Shown here one piece after another: positions 14,387-27,884 of a DNA stretch of 64,000 bases. This stretch comes from Octopus sinensis (taxonomy: Eukaryota), in NCBI RefSeq assembly GCF_006345805.1, contig NC_043009.1:54436001-54500000 (forward strand), given 5' to 3'. Numbering within the stretch: position 1 is the stretch's first letter; each line of letters begins with the position of its first letter. The position numbers were made by a program, and so were the translations under genes. The notes under the pieces are model-generated. The model saw only the letters and a program-made list of their open reading frames with translations, was not told the origin of the DNA and searched no databases.

Positions 14387-14894
14387 TGTGGAGGCGCAAT
14401 GGCCCAGTGGTTAGGGCAGCAGACTCGCGGTCGTAAGAATGCGGTTTCGATTCCCAGACCGGGCATTGTGAGTGTTTATTGAGCAAAAGCACCTAAGCTC
14501 CACGAGACTCCGGCAGGGGATGGTGGTGAACCCCGCTGTACTCTTTCACCACATAATTCTCTCACTTTTTCTTCCTACTTCTGCCACAAAGCAGAGGAAC
14601 CGTGGTGTAACCCACTATTGTGTGGTAAACTTTCAGACCCTAGTCTAGATCGCGAATCCTCTGTACCCCAGGATGGTTCAGCTCTCCACCCGTTAAAAGA
14701 CACCGTTTACGGAATGAGGATAACAACGTAGCTTTCGCGCCCGTGCAACCACCAGTCTATCGCGTGTGGTGGGTTGATCTTCAAGTTGCCACACGCATTC
14801 TTAATAGCTTAGAGTAGGCTCGAATTAGAGATTATTCTTTGTGGCTAAAGGCGTGAGCCTTGATTGGAAGAAGAAGAAGAAGAAGAAGAAGAAG
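14387..14894 (+). mobile_element. Group A SINE head and body joined to a different ~300-bp 3' region ending in (GAA)n
   Basis: 14387-14583 closely matches the first ~200 bp of the copy at 13546. Unrelated sequence follows to the (GAA)n at ~14868-14894. Confidence 0.7.
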
Positions 14895-14924
14895 ACAACA
14901 ACAGCAACAGTTATGAACAAGATT

Positions 14925-15130
14925 AGAAAGACAGAATTAATCCGACAGAAATTAGCACATCGCGCAAAATGTTTAGCGGTATTTCTTTACCTTCTGAGTT
15001 CAAATCCCGTCGCCAATGTCAACTTTGTTTCTCATCCTATGAGGGTGGGTAAAATACCAATCAAATATTGGGATCGATGTAATCAACTTGATCACAGTTC
15101 TCGAAAATTGTTGGCCATGAACCTTGCAGC
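14925..15130 (+). mobile_element. Diverged group B SINE
   Basis: CAGAAATTAGCAC...TTAGCGGTATTTC...CTGAGTTCAAATCCCG..GTCAACTTTG..TCATCC. Confidence 0.7.
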
Positions 15131-15222
15131 AGACTAGAGTCCCATTCAGAGGAACATTGTGATTTCGGTCGTGTATGACAGAAACTGAGTAACCCAATTT
15201 ATGTGCCCCAGAGCTCAGGAAG

Positions 15223-15274
<52 letters not shown>

Positions 15275-15302
15275 GCACTTTCTGTATACATCTATACATA
15301 TA

Positions 15303-15507
15303 CGAGGAGGTGCTGAAAAGTTCCTTGCTTTGAGTAAATGAAAATATAGGAGGATTACTTAATTATGATTTTATTCAATTTATTCCCCTCTAAGATTTGC
15401 ACACTTATTGCACCGGTCCTTCGGTTTTTCTAAGCCCTGTAAAAGGGCTCGGAAGAACAGGCCTTTCGTAATACCCTTAAAGCCAGGAACTATTTAGCAT
15501 CCCATCG
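15303..15507. mobile_element. mariner-type MITE with TA TSD
   Basis: TA|CGAGGAGGTGCTGAAAAGTTCC ... GGAACTATTTAGCATCCCATCG|TA imperfect TIRs. Confidence 0.8.
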
Positions 15508-15611
15508 TAAATGTAAATGTGCGTGTGCGCGGGAGCATGCGTGCATCAGTGTATGTGTCTGTGTATGAATGAATGTATATCTATTTATCCATCTATCTAT
15601 CTATCTATCTA

Positions 15612-15665
<54 letters not shown>

Positions 15666-17195
15666 AGATAAGAAAATGGAGAAATACATCTGGTAAATCA
15701 TTTTACCTTTGCCCATATAATACAGTAAATGAATTGATTGCATCGCAATCATTAATATTTATGTATTAACTTTGTTGGGTACTAGCAGTATATTGGATAT
15801 ATGTTATCCCATAGAGGGTTGCATTTACAACCCCTATCTCAATTTGTATATATATATATATATACATAGGTATAATCAATTATTTAATAGCTTAATAGCT
15901 AACTATATTTTTATCATTATTTATTAAAGGAATTGTAAATAAAATTCCAGGCGAAAGATCAGAACAGAGGAGTGATGAGTGATGAATTTAGCGGAGGAAT
16001 ATGAATCAACACGATTATTACATGCAACCAATTTCAATTCGAAGTATAGCGCATTTTGTAATTCGATATATTATTCTGCGGTATGTTCTTTATAGAAATA
16101 TTACTTGGAGGTTGTAGAATTGACAATAAGTAAGTGACGAGGCCTCGAGGCGATACCTTTCAGCAGTTTACCGAAAATCTAGAAAATGCACACAAATATA
16201 TAGAGAAATATATATTAAAATCCTTTCTACAGAAATTTCGACATAATATTTAAACAAGGAATATATCTGGTAATTGAAATCGAAATTATTTAGAGGCGAA
16301 ATCTTAAGATATCAATATTTTAAGATGGAATAAATAAATCTGGTTGTGGTAGGTTACTTAACTTGAAATCGAAATTGTAATATTTTCCATTCACTATATT
16401 TAATATGACATAACCAAGCCTAGCTTGGTGTCTAATATTTATTCGGGAAATATATTCTCCACAGAAATGCAAATAAAGACGCTCGCACACAAATATGACT
16501 TCCATTTATAACACACACATGGGTACATAGGTATATGCATATATACACACATGCATATAAAATGACATACATATATATCCACATACATGCAAGCATACAT
16601 AGGTTCAGAGATACATACACACATATATATATATACATACATACACACATATACATATATACATATATATATATACATATACATATATACATACATATAC
16701 ATACATATGTACGTATATATATATGCATGTGCACACACATACACTCATATATCCACGCACATACACATGCATACATTGGACGCACACATACATATATACC
16801 TGCAAATACAGACATACAGATATTCATACATACACACATGCACACATACACGAATACACACGCACATATGTACATACATACTTAAAATTAAATGGGTCAT
16901 CTGTTACTTGCTATAATGAACGTTACATTCAATCAGTTTACGGAACAATCTACGCGTTCTACTAGCGTATAAGTGGTTAGTAGAAAAGTGTAAACGATAC
17001 TGGCAACAAGCACGTCGAACATATACGTCCGTCATCAGCAGCCTAATAGTTATCATGAGAGTTTCGACACCTAGACAGTTAAATTCAACCTACAAGTGAC
17101 AACAATATTAAAAGCGTAAACACTGACTGAAATTTAAGAGACAAGTATTAGTAATCAAATATTAGGTTAATACGTCAATTGCGTCTACACCTACT

Positions 17196-17535
17196 TATTA
17201 TTGGTTTCACATTTTGGTACAAGCCCAGAAAGCTGATTAAATCGATTCTAGTATTCAAGTGATACTTATATTTATCGATTTCAAAATGATTAATTGCAAA
17301 GTCGGACCGGAAGAAGTTGAACTCAGAACGCTGCTAAGTATTTTGTTCAATGTGCTAACGATTCTGCCAGCGCGACGCTTACACCAGCTTATTATTACAA
17401 ATGTAGACTTAAGGCGGCGAGCTGGCAGAATCGTTAGCACGCTGGGCGAAATGATTATCGGTATTTCGTCTGGCGCAACGTTCTAAGTTCAAATTACCCC
17501 GAGGTCGACTTTGCTTTTCATCCTTCCCAGGTCGA
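17196..17535. mobile_element. Two group B SINEs head-to-head (minus 17196-17381, plus 17413-17535)
   Basis: GTGCTAACGATTCTGCCAGC (17352) and GCTGGCAGAATCGTTAGCAC (to 17440) are reverse complements, with bodies diverging outward. Confidence 0.85.
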
Positions 17536-18169
17536 TGCCTAGAGTAGAAATGAATATAAGAAATGTAGACATTAAATCAAAAAACATGATCGTTTCATTA
17601 CTTTATCGACAAAAAGTACTACATATAAAACAGAAATACCTTAAGAAAAAAACCGTTGCTACAGCAAGTTAAAGAGATTCTAGTGAACTGAACGTATAGA
17701 GCAAAAATTAATTAACCTAGTAGAAAACACAGATTACTAATATATAAAACTGAAAATAATAATAACTTTTTCAGTGCGCTGAGAATATTATATGAAATGC
17801 CAATGTAATATTCCCGAAATGTAATATGAAGAAAGAAGACCATGCATTGACCTCACCTTAAGGCATGCACCATCCCAGTTCGCTAAGGTAATCTCAAAAC
17901 TAGAAAATGCTAGAAGCAGCGTTAGCCACACGCTGTGGTAACCAAGCCCTAATACCAAGCTAGATATTTAACCTCTATATATATACACACCCACACACAT
18001 ACGTATACACACGCATATGTATATGTATATACATATGTATGTATGTATAGGTATAGGTGTATACATATATTTATATGTATAGGTATATATCTAGGTCAAG
18101 GTCCTTCAGACACCAAAGGATCATAAGACTTGTTCCATGATTGCTGTGGTGTATATATAATATATATAT

Positions 18170-18269
18170 NNNNNNNNNNNNNNNNNNNNNNNNNNNNNNN
18201 NNNNNNNNNNNNNNNNNNNNNNNNNNNNNNNNNNNNNNNNNNNNNNNNNNNNNNNNNNNNNNNNNNNNN
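18170..18269. other. Assembly gap (100 N) inside a (TA)n tract
   Basis: Exactly 100 Ns, typical of a placeholder for a gap of unknown size. Confidence 0.98.
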
Positions 18270-18379
18270 TATATATATGTATATATATATATGTAATTAT
18301 ATATATATATATATATATATACATATATGTATATATACATATATATATATACATACATATATATACATATATTATATAC

Positions 18380-18436
<57 letters not shown>

Positions 18437-18447
18437 CATATATATAC

Positions 18448-18489
<42 letters not shown>

Positions 18490-18514
18490 CCAATATATAT
18501 ATATATATATGTTG

Positions 18515-18732
18515 TTACTCTTTTACTCTTTTGTTTCAGTCATTTGACTGTGGCCATGCTGCAGCACCGCCTTTTAGTCGAGCAAATCGACCCCAGGACT
18601 TTTTTTTTGTGTATGCCTAGTACTTATTCTATCGTTCTCTTTCGACGAACCGCTAAGTTACGGGACGCAAACACACCAGCATCGATTGTCAAGCGATGTT
18701 GGGGGGACAAACATAGACAAACAAACATATAA

Positions 18733-18803
<71 letters not shown>

Positions 18804-18965
18804 TACGACGGGCTTCTTTCAGTTTCCGTCTACCAAATCCAATCACAAAGCTTTGGTCGGCCTGAGGCTATAGTAGAAGACACTTGCCCAAGGTGCCACG
18901 CAGTGGGACTGAACCTGGAACCATGTGGTTGCGAAGCAAGCTACTTACCACACAGCCACTCCTAC
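18515..18965 (-). mobile_element. Full-length tRNA-derived SINE (group C) with internal (TA)/(TG) microsatellite
   Basis: Minus strand: GGAGTGGCTGTGTGGTAAGTAGCTTGC...GGTTCAGTCCCACTGCGTGGCACCTTGGGCAAGTGTCTTC...TGACTGAAACAAAAGAGTAAAAGAG. Confidence 0.9.
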
Positions 18966-20023
18966 ACCTTGTAATAGATTATGTTCGTGTTCTTGGCCCT
19001 TTATCAAATGCTGTTGCTGTTTCTGCTGTTGGTGGTCAGTTCATTATATATTAATTCGTTTATATTTGCGCTTTCTGCATTTTGTGCACCTTCTGATTGG
19101 AAGGTATTCAGGCTTCACTGTTATAATGGTTGCTGCTGCTAGCTTCTTCTCTCTCGTCCCCCTTCAACTTTCTTAAAATCTGTTCTTTCTGCAACTTTGA
19201 TTTTTTTTTTCTTTTTGGATATGAAACGTTTTGTCTCTACCTAACTGGCATCCCCGAGTCGACTCTGACTTATTTGACTTCAGACATTTTAATGTTTCTT
19301 TCGTTCTCTCTCTCTCTATCTCTTTATCTCTCACTTTCTCTTTTCTTTCCCTCACTTTCTTTTTCTCTCTTTCTCCTCTCTCTCTCTCCTCTCTCTCTCT
19401 CACACACACACACACTCTGTATGCAGATGTGTGGACATCAAATTACTTTGTTATGTACGTGTAATGTTTCTCTTCCTCTCTCTCTCCACTTCTTTCTCTT
19501 TCCATTTCCATGTCTATATTTCAGAGCGTGCGTGTGTATGGTGTACGTGCGGATATGCGTGTTCGTGCTTATTTGTTTGTGTGTGTATTATGTGTGTGTG
19601 TGTGCGTGCATTTGTATGTGCGCGTGCGTTTCTGTGTGCGCCTCCAAAACGTTCACCAAAACCGATTGAATGTCATCACCGCCCAAACAGCCGCACCCAA
19701 TTGTCCCATTTTGTTCTTTGTTACCCTCGTCATCACCTTCCTTTCAAGAATGAGACGTGAACGCTATTCCATTGTACACCAAAGCTTGGTCTTACACTTC
19801 CGGCTTTGAATGCATTCTGGTTTGTCTTAGACACTTCACTATAGAATCATTCAAGGTTTGTCGCTGCAGCTGTTGTAGCAACTGGTTTTACCCTGACTGA
19901 CGTTGTTATGGCTCTTAATGCAAGGTCTATAGAGAAATATGTCTGTGTGTCGTTTTGTATGTGTTTGTGTGTATACACGTGTGTGTATGTGTCTGTGTGT
20001 GTCTGTGTGTGCGTGTGTATGTA

Positions 20024-20470
20024 GGCATAGTCATGGCTGTATTTGTTCATAACGTTACTTCACAGTACTACGACTCACAGTTTTGGGTGTCCAAGCTAGC
20101 TGTTAGGTATGTGGTCAAGTGATATCAGTTATAGTCCCGAGCCGACCTATGCCTTGAATGTACTCGGAGCACGAAACTTTGTGGGGGTATCAATCGTGTG
20201 TGTCTGTATATGTGTTTTTGTGTGTGTGTGTGTGTTTGAGAAGTATGTGTGTGCATGCGTATGTGTATACCTGTGTGTGTGTGCGTGTGTGTGCACGGGT
20301 GTGTGTATGTATGTGATTGTGGACTGACTGGAAAATTGTTTACTCCTTTTTTACTTTGTGTTTCGGTAAAACAGAGAAAGAATAAGCGTCAATGCGGCTT
20401 CCTAATATCGCCGCAGTTCAATGGCTGAAACAAGCAAAATAATAAAAGAATAAAAGAATAAAAGAATATG
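20024..20470 (+). mobile_element. Diverged group C SINE
   Basis: Head-like start, TATAG.CCCGAGCCGACC.A.GCCTTG, internal (TG)n, and 3' GGCTGAAACAAG followed by an (AATAAAAG)n tail. Confidence 0.65.
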
Positions 20471-21217
20471 AGAATACAAGAATATTAAACGAAATTACTC
20501 AGAAAGAAATGAAAACAGAAACAAAATAATGCCAAAATGAAATTAATATACAAAACAAAGGAAAATGCCAAATAAGGTTAAATGCAAGAGAAGAATGAAA
20601 AATACGGTGGAATATACAAAGAAAGAAATAAAGAGAAAAGAGAGAGAGAGAATACACAATAGAGTAGTTTTAAAGCAAGATATTTTTATGGTGAGCCAGA
20701 TATTTTTATGGGGAGTTAAGGTTTCATGCGACAATGACAAGTCATCGTTATGGGGAATACTTAGATGTGCGTTTTGATGTATATTCTGGTCACAAGGATT
20801 TTAGAGGCATTGGAAAATTCAGTGAAGAATCTAAAAACCGTAAAAGTGCCCTTTGTCACATGTTTTATGTCTTCCATATATGTCCGTACGTACGTACATA
20901 CATACATACATACATACATAGGTACGCACACACACACTCACATATAAATGTATGTATGTATGTATGTATGTATATATGTAGGTATGCATGTATGTATAAG
21001 AAATCTTATGTGTACGGCTAGATGTATGATAGTTCTTGTTGAGTTTAGAACTCCACGTAGAATATTATCATTCAATTTCCTTGCAGTATAGTAGTGTCGT
21101 TACTGATCTACTTGCTCTGCAGAGCAAATTTACGAGACATTATGATTAACACAAGTTGATATCATTAATTTCCTACGTATGTAGCGAAGAACTGATATGA
21201 TCTTGCGTTGAACATAA

Positions 21218-21607
21218 TCTCTCTATATATAAAGCTGAAATTGTCTTTGTATGGCAGGTTTGGTAGCCTTCAACTAACACTATCTCCTCCGAGACCCTGC
21301 GGCGCAAGTTGACCAAAATTGAGAGTATGATAGAACGCTTGCTCTTCCTTCCGTGAAGAAAAAATTCAAATCAGACCATGTTAACACCAAAAATTATTTA
21401 CATCAAAAGAGTGCTTTTTTTCTATGAAAATCCTTATTTTTTACGATTTTTTTTTACTGCTGTGTCGCCATTTTTCGGTGTATTTCAACCAGAAAAATGT
21501 CCACTTAAAGAGAATGACAAGCTACATAATGCAAAATTTTTACTTTTCAAAAATTCCAATTCTAAAGGGTCGAAACAAACCCGAGCGACGCCGGGCGATA
21601 CTGATAG
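21218..21607 (+). mobile_element. Non-autonomous Helitron
   Basis: 5' A|TCTCTCTATATATAAAG. 3' GC-rich hairpin CCCGAGCGACGCCGGG (21580-21595), then ATAG|T (CTAG variant) ending 12 nt later. AT target, no TSD. Confidence 0.75.
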
Positions 21608-21894
21608 TTTCTCACACATTCATAGAATTCGTGAACACTTGCACACGCACGCACGCACACACGCGCGCTCACACACACATAAATATATGTAGTCAACTAG
21701 AGGACATCAAAGATGAATGTCCGAACTGCGTGAAATTCAACCTAGTGTCTTAATATCGGCGTAAATGATAAAGTTGGAAGTATTGGACTTATTTATAAAG
21801 CCATGGGTTGAAAAGCTTACAGTATATGAAATCTGGTCAGGAATTATTATTCTTATTACTTCGCATACTTGCTTTAGTTTTAGTACTTCCACGA

Positions 21895-22000
21895 TATCAT
21901 AAAGTACCAGTCAAGTACTGGGTCCGATGTAATCGACTGCCCACACCCACCCAGTGTGGGTGAGCAGTCGTACTGGCCTTGAGCAAAAAATTGAAAGAAA
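21895..22000 (-). mobile_element. Group B SINE 3' fragment; sense orientation uncertain
   Basis: AAGTACCAGT...ACTGGG.TC.GATGTAATCGAC matches the group B 3' part as read on plus. It is followed by the (ATT/ATC)n tract 22030-22172. Confidence 0.4.
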
Positions 22001-22042
22001 ATTATAATTGTCATTGTTGTTGTTATCATTATTATTATTATT

Positions 22043-22085
<43 letters not shown>

Positions 22086-22098
22086 ATCACCATCATCA

Positions 22099-22156
<58 letters not shown>

Positions 22157-22302
22157 CATTATTATTATTATTTTAATTATTATACCAGTGAACTAAGGTA
22201 ATACCCGTTATTTTTCGAGCACTATCCGGAGTATTTAAGCGGTAACAAGTAGTGCTGTTTTCTGTAAGTGCTTCACCCTTATTGCAGCCCCTATTAGTAG
22301 TA

Positions 22303-22361
<59 letters not shown>

Positions 22362-23079
22362 TGCATTACATTGGAAGAATCGTGAAAATATTTGACGAAA
22401 CAAAATATGTTGCATTTTTAGCTGGCCTTTAAGTTTTATATTCGCCGATAAAATGAGGAAGCAGTCAAGTACTGTAGTCTAGTCCATCGAATAACTCCAC
22501 ACCCCAAAATCTGTGGCTTTAGGCTTATATTATGAATGATTGTTATTGTTATTACTGATTTATTGTTTGCTGTTGAGGTGGTTGTTTAACACTGACAATC
22601 TGGCCCGGCAGTTCTCTTTTAGGATTTGGAATATTGCTACGCTTTACTTCATGTAAATTCTTTATATATTATTCTGTTTTTTATTTCTTTATTTGAAGAC
22701 TTATTAGACTTCGAATTTCTTAAGCGCCCACAACGTGGTGTGTCTTCTGGGTATATTATTCTCTGTGCCTTCTGGGTATATTATACTCTTTTCGATATTT
22801 TATACACATTCTTTTTCTCAGGTAACAACATTGACTGCTAAACACAAAAGCGGTAACAATATACACACCTACAAGAATCTCATAGAAAATTAAGTTAATC
22901 TATGAAAATTTAAACCAAGGTTATAAGGATAATAGTAGAGAAAATATATCATGACAATTGAAATAGTGTGGTCAATTACGAACACAGACTCAGACGTACA
23001 TTAATAATTTGGAAGCTAAACAGCAGACAAACACAATTGTAATATAAACACAGACACTGCCACGAGCATAATGACGGTA

Positions 23080-23900
23080 TAGTTTTGTCAATGTCAAAAG
23101 CCAAAGAGAAGTTCTGAATACGAAACATTAGTCTGAAAATAAAATATCGTATGCTAGATAAGTCATGAAGAAATCTGCTTCATTATCTGGCAATTGTATT
23201 GAAAAGGAAATCAGAAGTGACATACATTGTGACTCTAAAACCGGAGGGGATTAGAGTATATCTGCAATAGAACACTTAAATTAACCCCTGTCTGGTGTGT
23301 AAAGCTATGTACTTTCCATCAACCCCTGCATGGCATATGGGTGTGTGTGCTTAGTCTTCAAAACGACGATGATGTCAGGGGACAGGCTCAGCTGGTGCGC
23401 TCACAAGCCTTCCCACGCTCAAAGTTGACAAAATATGGAGTAGTCTACAAAAGGATCAACTCCAGGAACATTACATTTTCCGTTGGCCATTTATCACGTC
23501 ATCGCATTTTCAGCATTGTACTGGTAGATTGTGAGTAACGAAATATTCTGGAATGACTCGTAATCCCGACAGTGTTTGCAGGACCATGGGTGTTTTAATG
23601 AGTTTGGAAGTCAATGTAAACATGCCGGAACTGGAACCCATTGTAGATACAGAATGAAAGGTGATATGAGTGGCAATGCAAGACCGAAGACCCAGCTCAT
23701 AAACAGTGATCAATCCTAGAGGGTATTTTGCCCTTAGGAGCAGGAAAAGCAGAGAAGTTGGGCACAAGAATCTGTAAAAGCGAAATCAGAGAAATCTGGT
23801 CAGGAATCCAATAGCAAACCAAACAACTTGCTTGCAACGATGGAAAAAATGAAGGGCATGTGTGGAAAACAATAGGGGACTGCATACAGAATGGAGAAGG
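23080..23900 (-). mobile_element. Highly degenerate APE-RT LINE remnant (CR1/L2/Jockey-like)
   Basis: Weak minus-strand motifs SNPSGFR, ILFSD*CFVFR and LAFDI, resembling S.P.NYRP, LLSD.QYGFR and ALDI.KAFD. Confidence 0.3.
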
Positions 23901-23904
23901 TAAC

Positions 23905-24238
23905 AGGCGAAAGGGTTAAAGGTAAAGTCGACCTCTGCAGAATTTCATCTCAGAGCGTGGAGACAGATGAAATGCCGCTAAGCATTTCGCCCGGCGTGCT
24001 AACAATTCTGCCAGCTTAACGCCTTAATAATAATGATTTCAAATTTTTGACACAAGGGCTACTCGGGGGAGAGGATTAAGTCGATTACATCGACACCAGT
24101 GCGTAACTGATACTTATTCAATCCATCCCGAAAGGATGAAAGGCAAACTCGATGTCGGTGGAATTTGAACGTAGCGACAGACGCAATACTGCTAAGCATT
24201 TCGCCCGGCGTACTAACGATTTTGCCAGCTCACCGTCT

Positions 24239-24240
<2 letters not shown>
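23905..24240 (-). mobile_element. Two tandem group B SINEs separated and followed by (TAA)n
   Basis: Two copies of AAAGTCGAC...GCTAAGCATTTCGCCCGGCGT.CTAAC.ATT.TGCCAGCT. Confidence 0.85.
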
Positions 24241-24302
<62 letters not shown>

Positions 24303-24303
<1 letters not shown>

Positions 24304-24857
24304 GCCTTGATGTAGTACCAGGCAGTGGCTCTCATGGCTTCTGATCTTAACTGATTGGAAGTGTTATCATGTACATTGTTTTGTCTTGGTATAAAAGATG
24401 GTCTACAGCAAATATTCTGCTCGTTACCTCAGACTTACTTGTCAGTTGTTTGACCGTAAGCAGTTGAGCATGTCCCTTAGTGGCTGATGATATGTGCATC
24501 TCTGATCACGAGCAGAAGTAGTGGGGGAGCATCATAGCCATATGTTGAGAGGGATTCTTTGGGGTTTGAATAATTCACCTCTGGAAACATGGGTGTTTCG
24601 TTCAACATCATTAAACAACCTTCATTCGGGGAACTTTTGGCCGGGATGGTTTACTCGACCAGAAGAAAATTCTAACTGGGCCCCACCTGCAAAGTCATGT
24701 GCTGTTTATCTTGAAATGAGATCACAATGTCGCGCACACATGATTGTGATGCATGTGCCTAGTATACTCTTATCAGACGGGCAGTCATGATGGGTATACT
24801 GGGTTTCGTATATTTCACCCCAGTGTCACTTGGATAGCATGCACTGCTCTTTCACTC
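24303..24857. mobile_element. Unclassified ~555-bp non-coding interspersed element flanked by (AAT)n, copy 1
   Basis: Colinear with 26780-27254. (AAT)n lies on both sides. Confidence 0.8.
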
Positions 24858-24864
24858 AATAATA

Positions 24865-24898
<34 letters not shown>

Positions 24899-25674
24899 CG
24901 ACGACGCTGATGATAATAATGATAATAATACAATGTAGTTTCACATATGAAGCAACCAATTAGTTGGTATACATATTTTGTGTAACTTTAGAAAATGCGA
25001 TCAGGTCATAAGATGTATAATATTCGCTTTATGAACTGACAGAGGTGTTGGGGCGTCACACAAAATATCGCGTGGAATTTATCCTGGGATTTTTTTACGT
25101 CAAGAATTCAAGATACATATCATGTCATGGTTTATAAAATCGACTAACTCTTATCCCAAACTTACTGGTCTTGAGCCTATAATAGAAGTATTCTATTGGG
25201 TAACATGTCTACAAGGACCCTAGCTTTTATATAGCATTTTTTATACGTAGCCACATGATTTTGTATCCCCCTTTGTATAAAATCTATTGTATGCATGTCA
25301 GTTAATTAAGATATGCCTACTTTAGCTTTACTTTTGCTATAATTTACAGAAATAGGTACAAGAAAGATAGATAGATAGATAGAGAGAGGGGGAGGGAGAT
25401 GAGAGAGAGAGATTATAGAGAGAGAAAGCGAGTGAGAGATAGGTACACATGCGTTTGTAGATGTCTCTGTTTCGCTGTTTCACTTACTTTCTCTGTCTTT
25501 CTATCTGTCTGTCTCTCGCTCTGTCTCTCTTTCTCTCTCTTTCTTTCTCGCTCTGTCTTTGTCTAGCTCTCTCTCTCTCACTCGCTCTCTTTCTTTCTCT
25601 CTCTCTCTCTTTCTCCCTGTATGTCTATGTGTTCGTCTGTTTCTACATTCATAGATAGAAAGACAGGCAGACAA

Positions 25675-25697
25675 ATAGATAGATAGATAGATAGATG

Positions 25698-25775
<78 letters not shown>

Positions 25776-25800
25776 CAGAGAGACAGACAGACAGATAGAT
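25675..25800. repeat. (GATA)n/(GACA)n microsatellite without insertion
   Basis: Direct inspection. Confidence 0.95.
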
Positions 25801-26345
25801 AGAGGGTAGTAGAATTTGTAACTATGCTTATGGATGTATGTGATTATTTCTATCTATATATTTATGCATATGCGTGCAAGAATTGATAAACAGAGAGAGG
25901 GAGGAAGAGAGAGTAAAAGAAGAGGACGAACAGGAAGAGTGAGCAAAGAAAAAATAAGAGAGAGAGAGAGATGGAGAAATACATTGTTACAGAGACAGTG
26001 ATAGTCAGAACGATATCCAAAAAGATAGACTGAGTGAAGAACGTGATTAAAAATAAGATACAAATAGTTAGTCATATTCTAAAAAAGAAAATTATTATAT
26101 ATGTTTACGCCATTGCTGAGAAGCCAGATGGAACTAATGAGTGAATTATTTTGTCACAACTGTATATATATACACATAACAATAAGCATACATTACACAG
26201 TAGCAGCTACATACATACATACATAAATTCACGAAATTGCATGTGAACATTCGTGCCTATATGGCTTAATCACATAATGTATGCTTTGCTACAACCCTCA
26301 CTGTCTATCCCTCTGTTATTGGTTATACATAAAACCATATATGCA

Positions 26346-26385
<40 letters not shown>

Positions 26386-26779
26386 TGAAGTGTGTGTGTG
26401 TATGCATACCAAATTCTTATGGTTTTATATCTCCGTATATATGCGTCTAACTGCCCTTGTGTGAGTGTGCGTGCGTTCGTTCGTACGTGCAAGCGTGTGT
26501 ACAGATAAATGGCAGCAACATCAAGAACCCGCATCAACAAATAATTGTTTTATTGTTGGAAAGATTCTTCTGAAATAAAAGTTTATTTTGGTAAATACAC
26601 ATTCCCTTAATTGGCTTCCATTGTTCCTCATAGAATTTATTTCCGTCTCACGCTTTGAGCAGTGTTAAACTTGTTCTGTCAAAGACCTTTTCTGAAAGAG
26701 ACGTTTTTCTGCCCTTGCATCATTTTTGATGAAACGAAATATTGTCTGCAATGCAATAATAATAATAATAATAATAATA

Positions 26780-27254
26780 GATGCAGTACCAGACAGTGGC
26801 TCTCGTGGCTTCTGGTCTTAACTGATTGGAAGTGTTATCATGTACATTGTTTTGACTTGGTATAAAAGATGGGCTACAACAAATATTCTGCCCAATACCA
26901 CAGATTTGCTTGTCAGTTGTTTGACCTTAACCAGTTGACGTTGTCCCTTAGTGGCTGGCGATATGTGCATCTCTGACCACGAGCGGAAGTAGTAGGGGTG
27001 CATCATAGCAGTGTGTTGAAAGGAATTCTTAGGGGTTTGGATAATTCACATTTGGAAACATGGGTGGTTCGTTCAACACCCTTAAACAATCCTTATTCAA
27101 GGACCATTTGAAGGGGATGGGCTACTCGACGAGAAGAAAATTCTAACTGGCCCCATCTGCAAAGTCATGCGCAGTTTATGTTGATATGAGATCACCATGT
27201 CGCGCACATATGGTTGTGATGCATGTACCTGCTGTACTCTTATCAGACGGGTAG
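26780..27254. mobile_element. Same unclassified element, copy 2 (right end missing)
   Basis: Starts after (AAT)n and matches copy 1 up to TATCAGACGGG.AG. Confidence 0.8.
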
Positions 27255-27884
27255 ATTCTATTTTACGACCAAGGCGCGCTCTTTTCTTAGGTGGCATGGC
27301 GGTAGTATTGGACTATATTTAAATTACAAGTTTTAAAAAAGGGGCAAAAGGGGACACTGAAAAACAAATTTGGTACGATGTGCAAAATAGGGAACCTACT
27401 TATTAGAAAAAAGGCGGAAGCAGGGACAGAGAGTTAGTTATATGGACACAAAGACGCTGAATACAATAAGTGGATAAACAATGAGCAGTCATTCACACCA
27501 AATAAGAGGCTGAAGCAGGGATCATCATGGCCGTAGGCGATAATACTGGGGGTGGGTAAGTAAACACTAATGTACAGAGATCAAAAACGTGGGGTGCGCA
27601 TTAATAGTGTTCACGTCCACGTGTGAATGGTCATGCTCGCATTTCACCCCATGTTATCACACCATGAGTGGCGGGTAATTAAAGAAAAATTGTGCTAAAG
27701 TGTAGGGGGGGTATCATGACTGTAGGCAATAATAGGGGTCGGTTTTAAGTAAACTTTAATGTGCACAAATCAAATTGCGAGGTACAACTGCCCCACAATA
27801 CTTGGCGTGTGAGTAAATAGCAGAAGTTGTAATTTAAAAAAAACTAAGTTTAATCCAGTAAATTGCAATTATAATGCGAATAAA

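Noticed and set aside
16133-16160. GTGACGA-GGCCTCGAGGC-GATAC as a hammerhead core
   Set aside because: Both core segments are mutated and there is no convincing stem I or III. At most a decayed remnant.
18170-18269. ORFs spanning the N run
   Set aside because: Assembly gap. Distances and orientation across it are also uncertain, which affects comparisons between the two sides.
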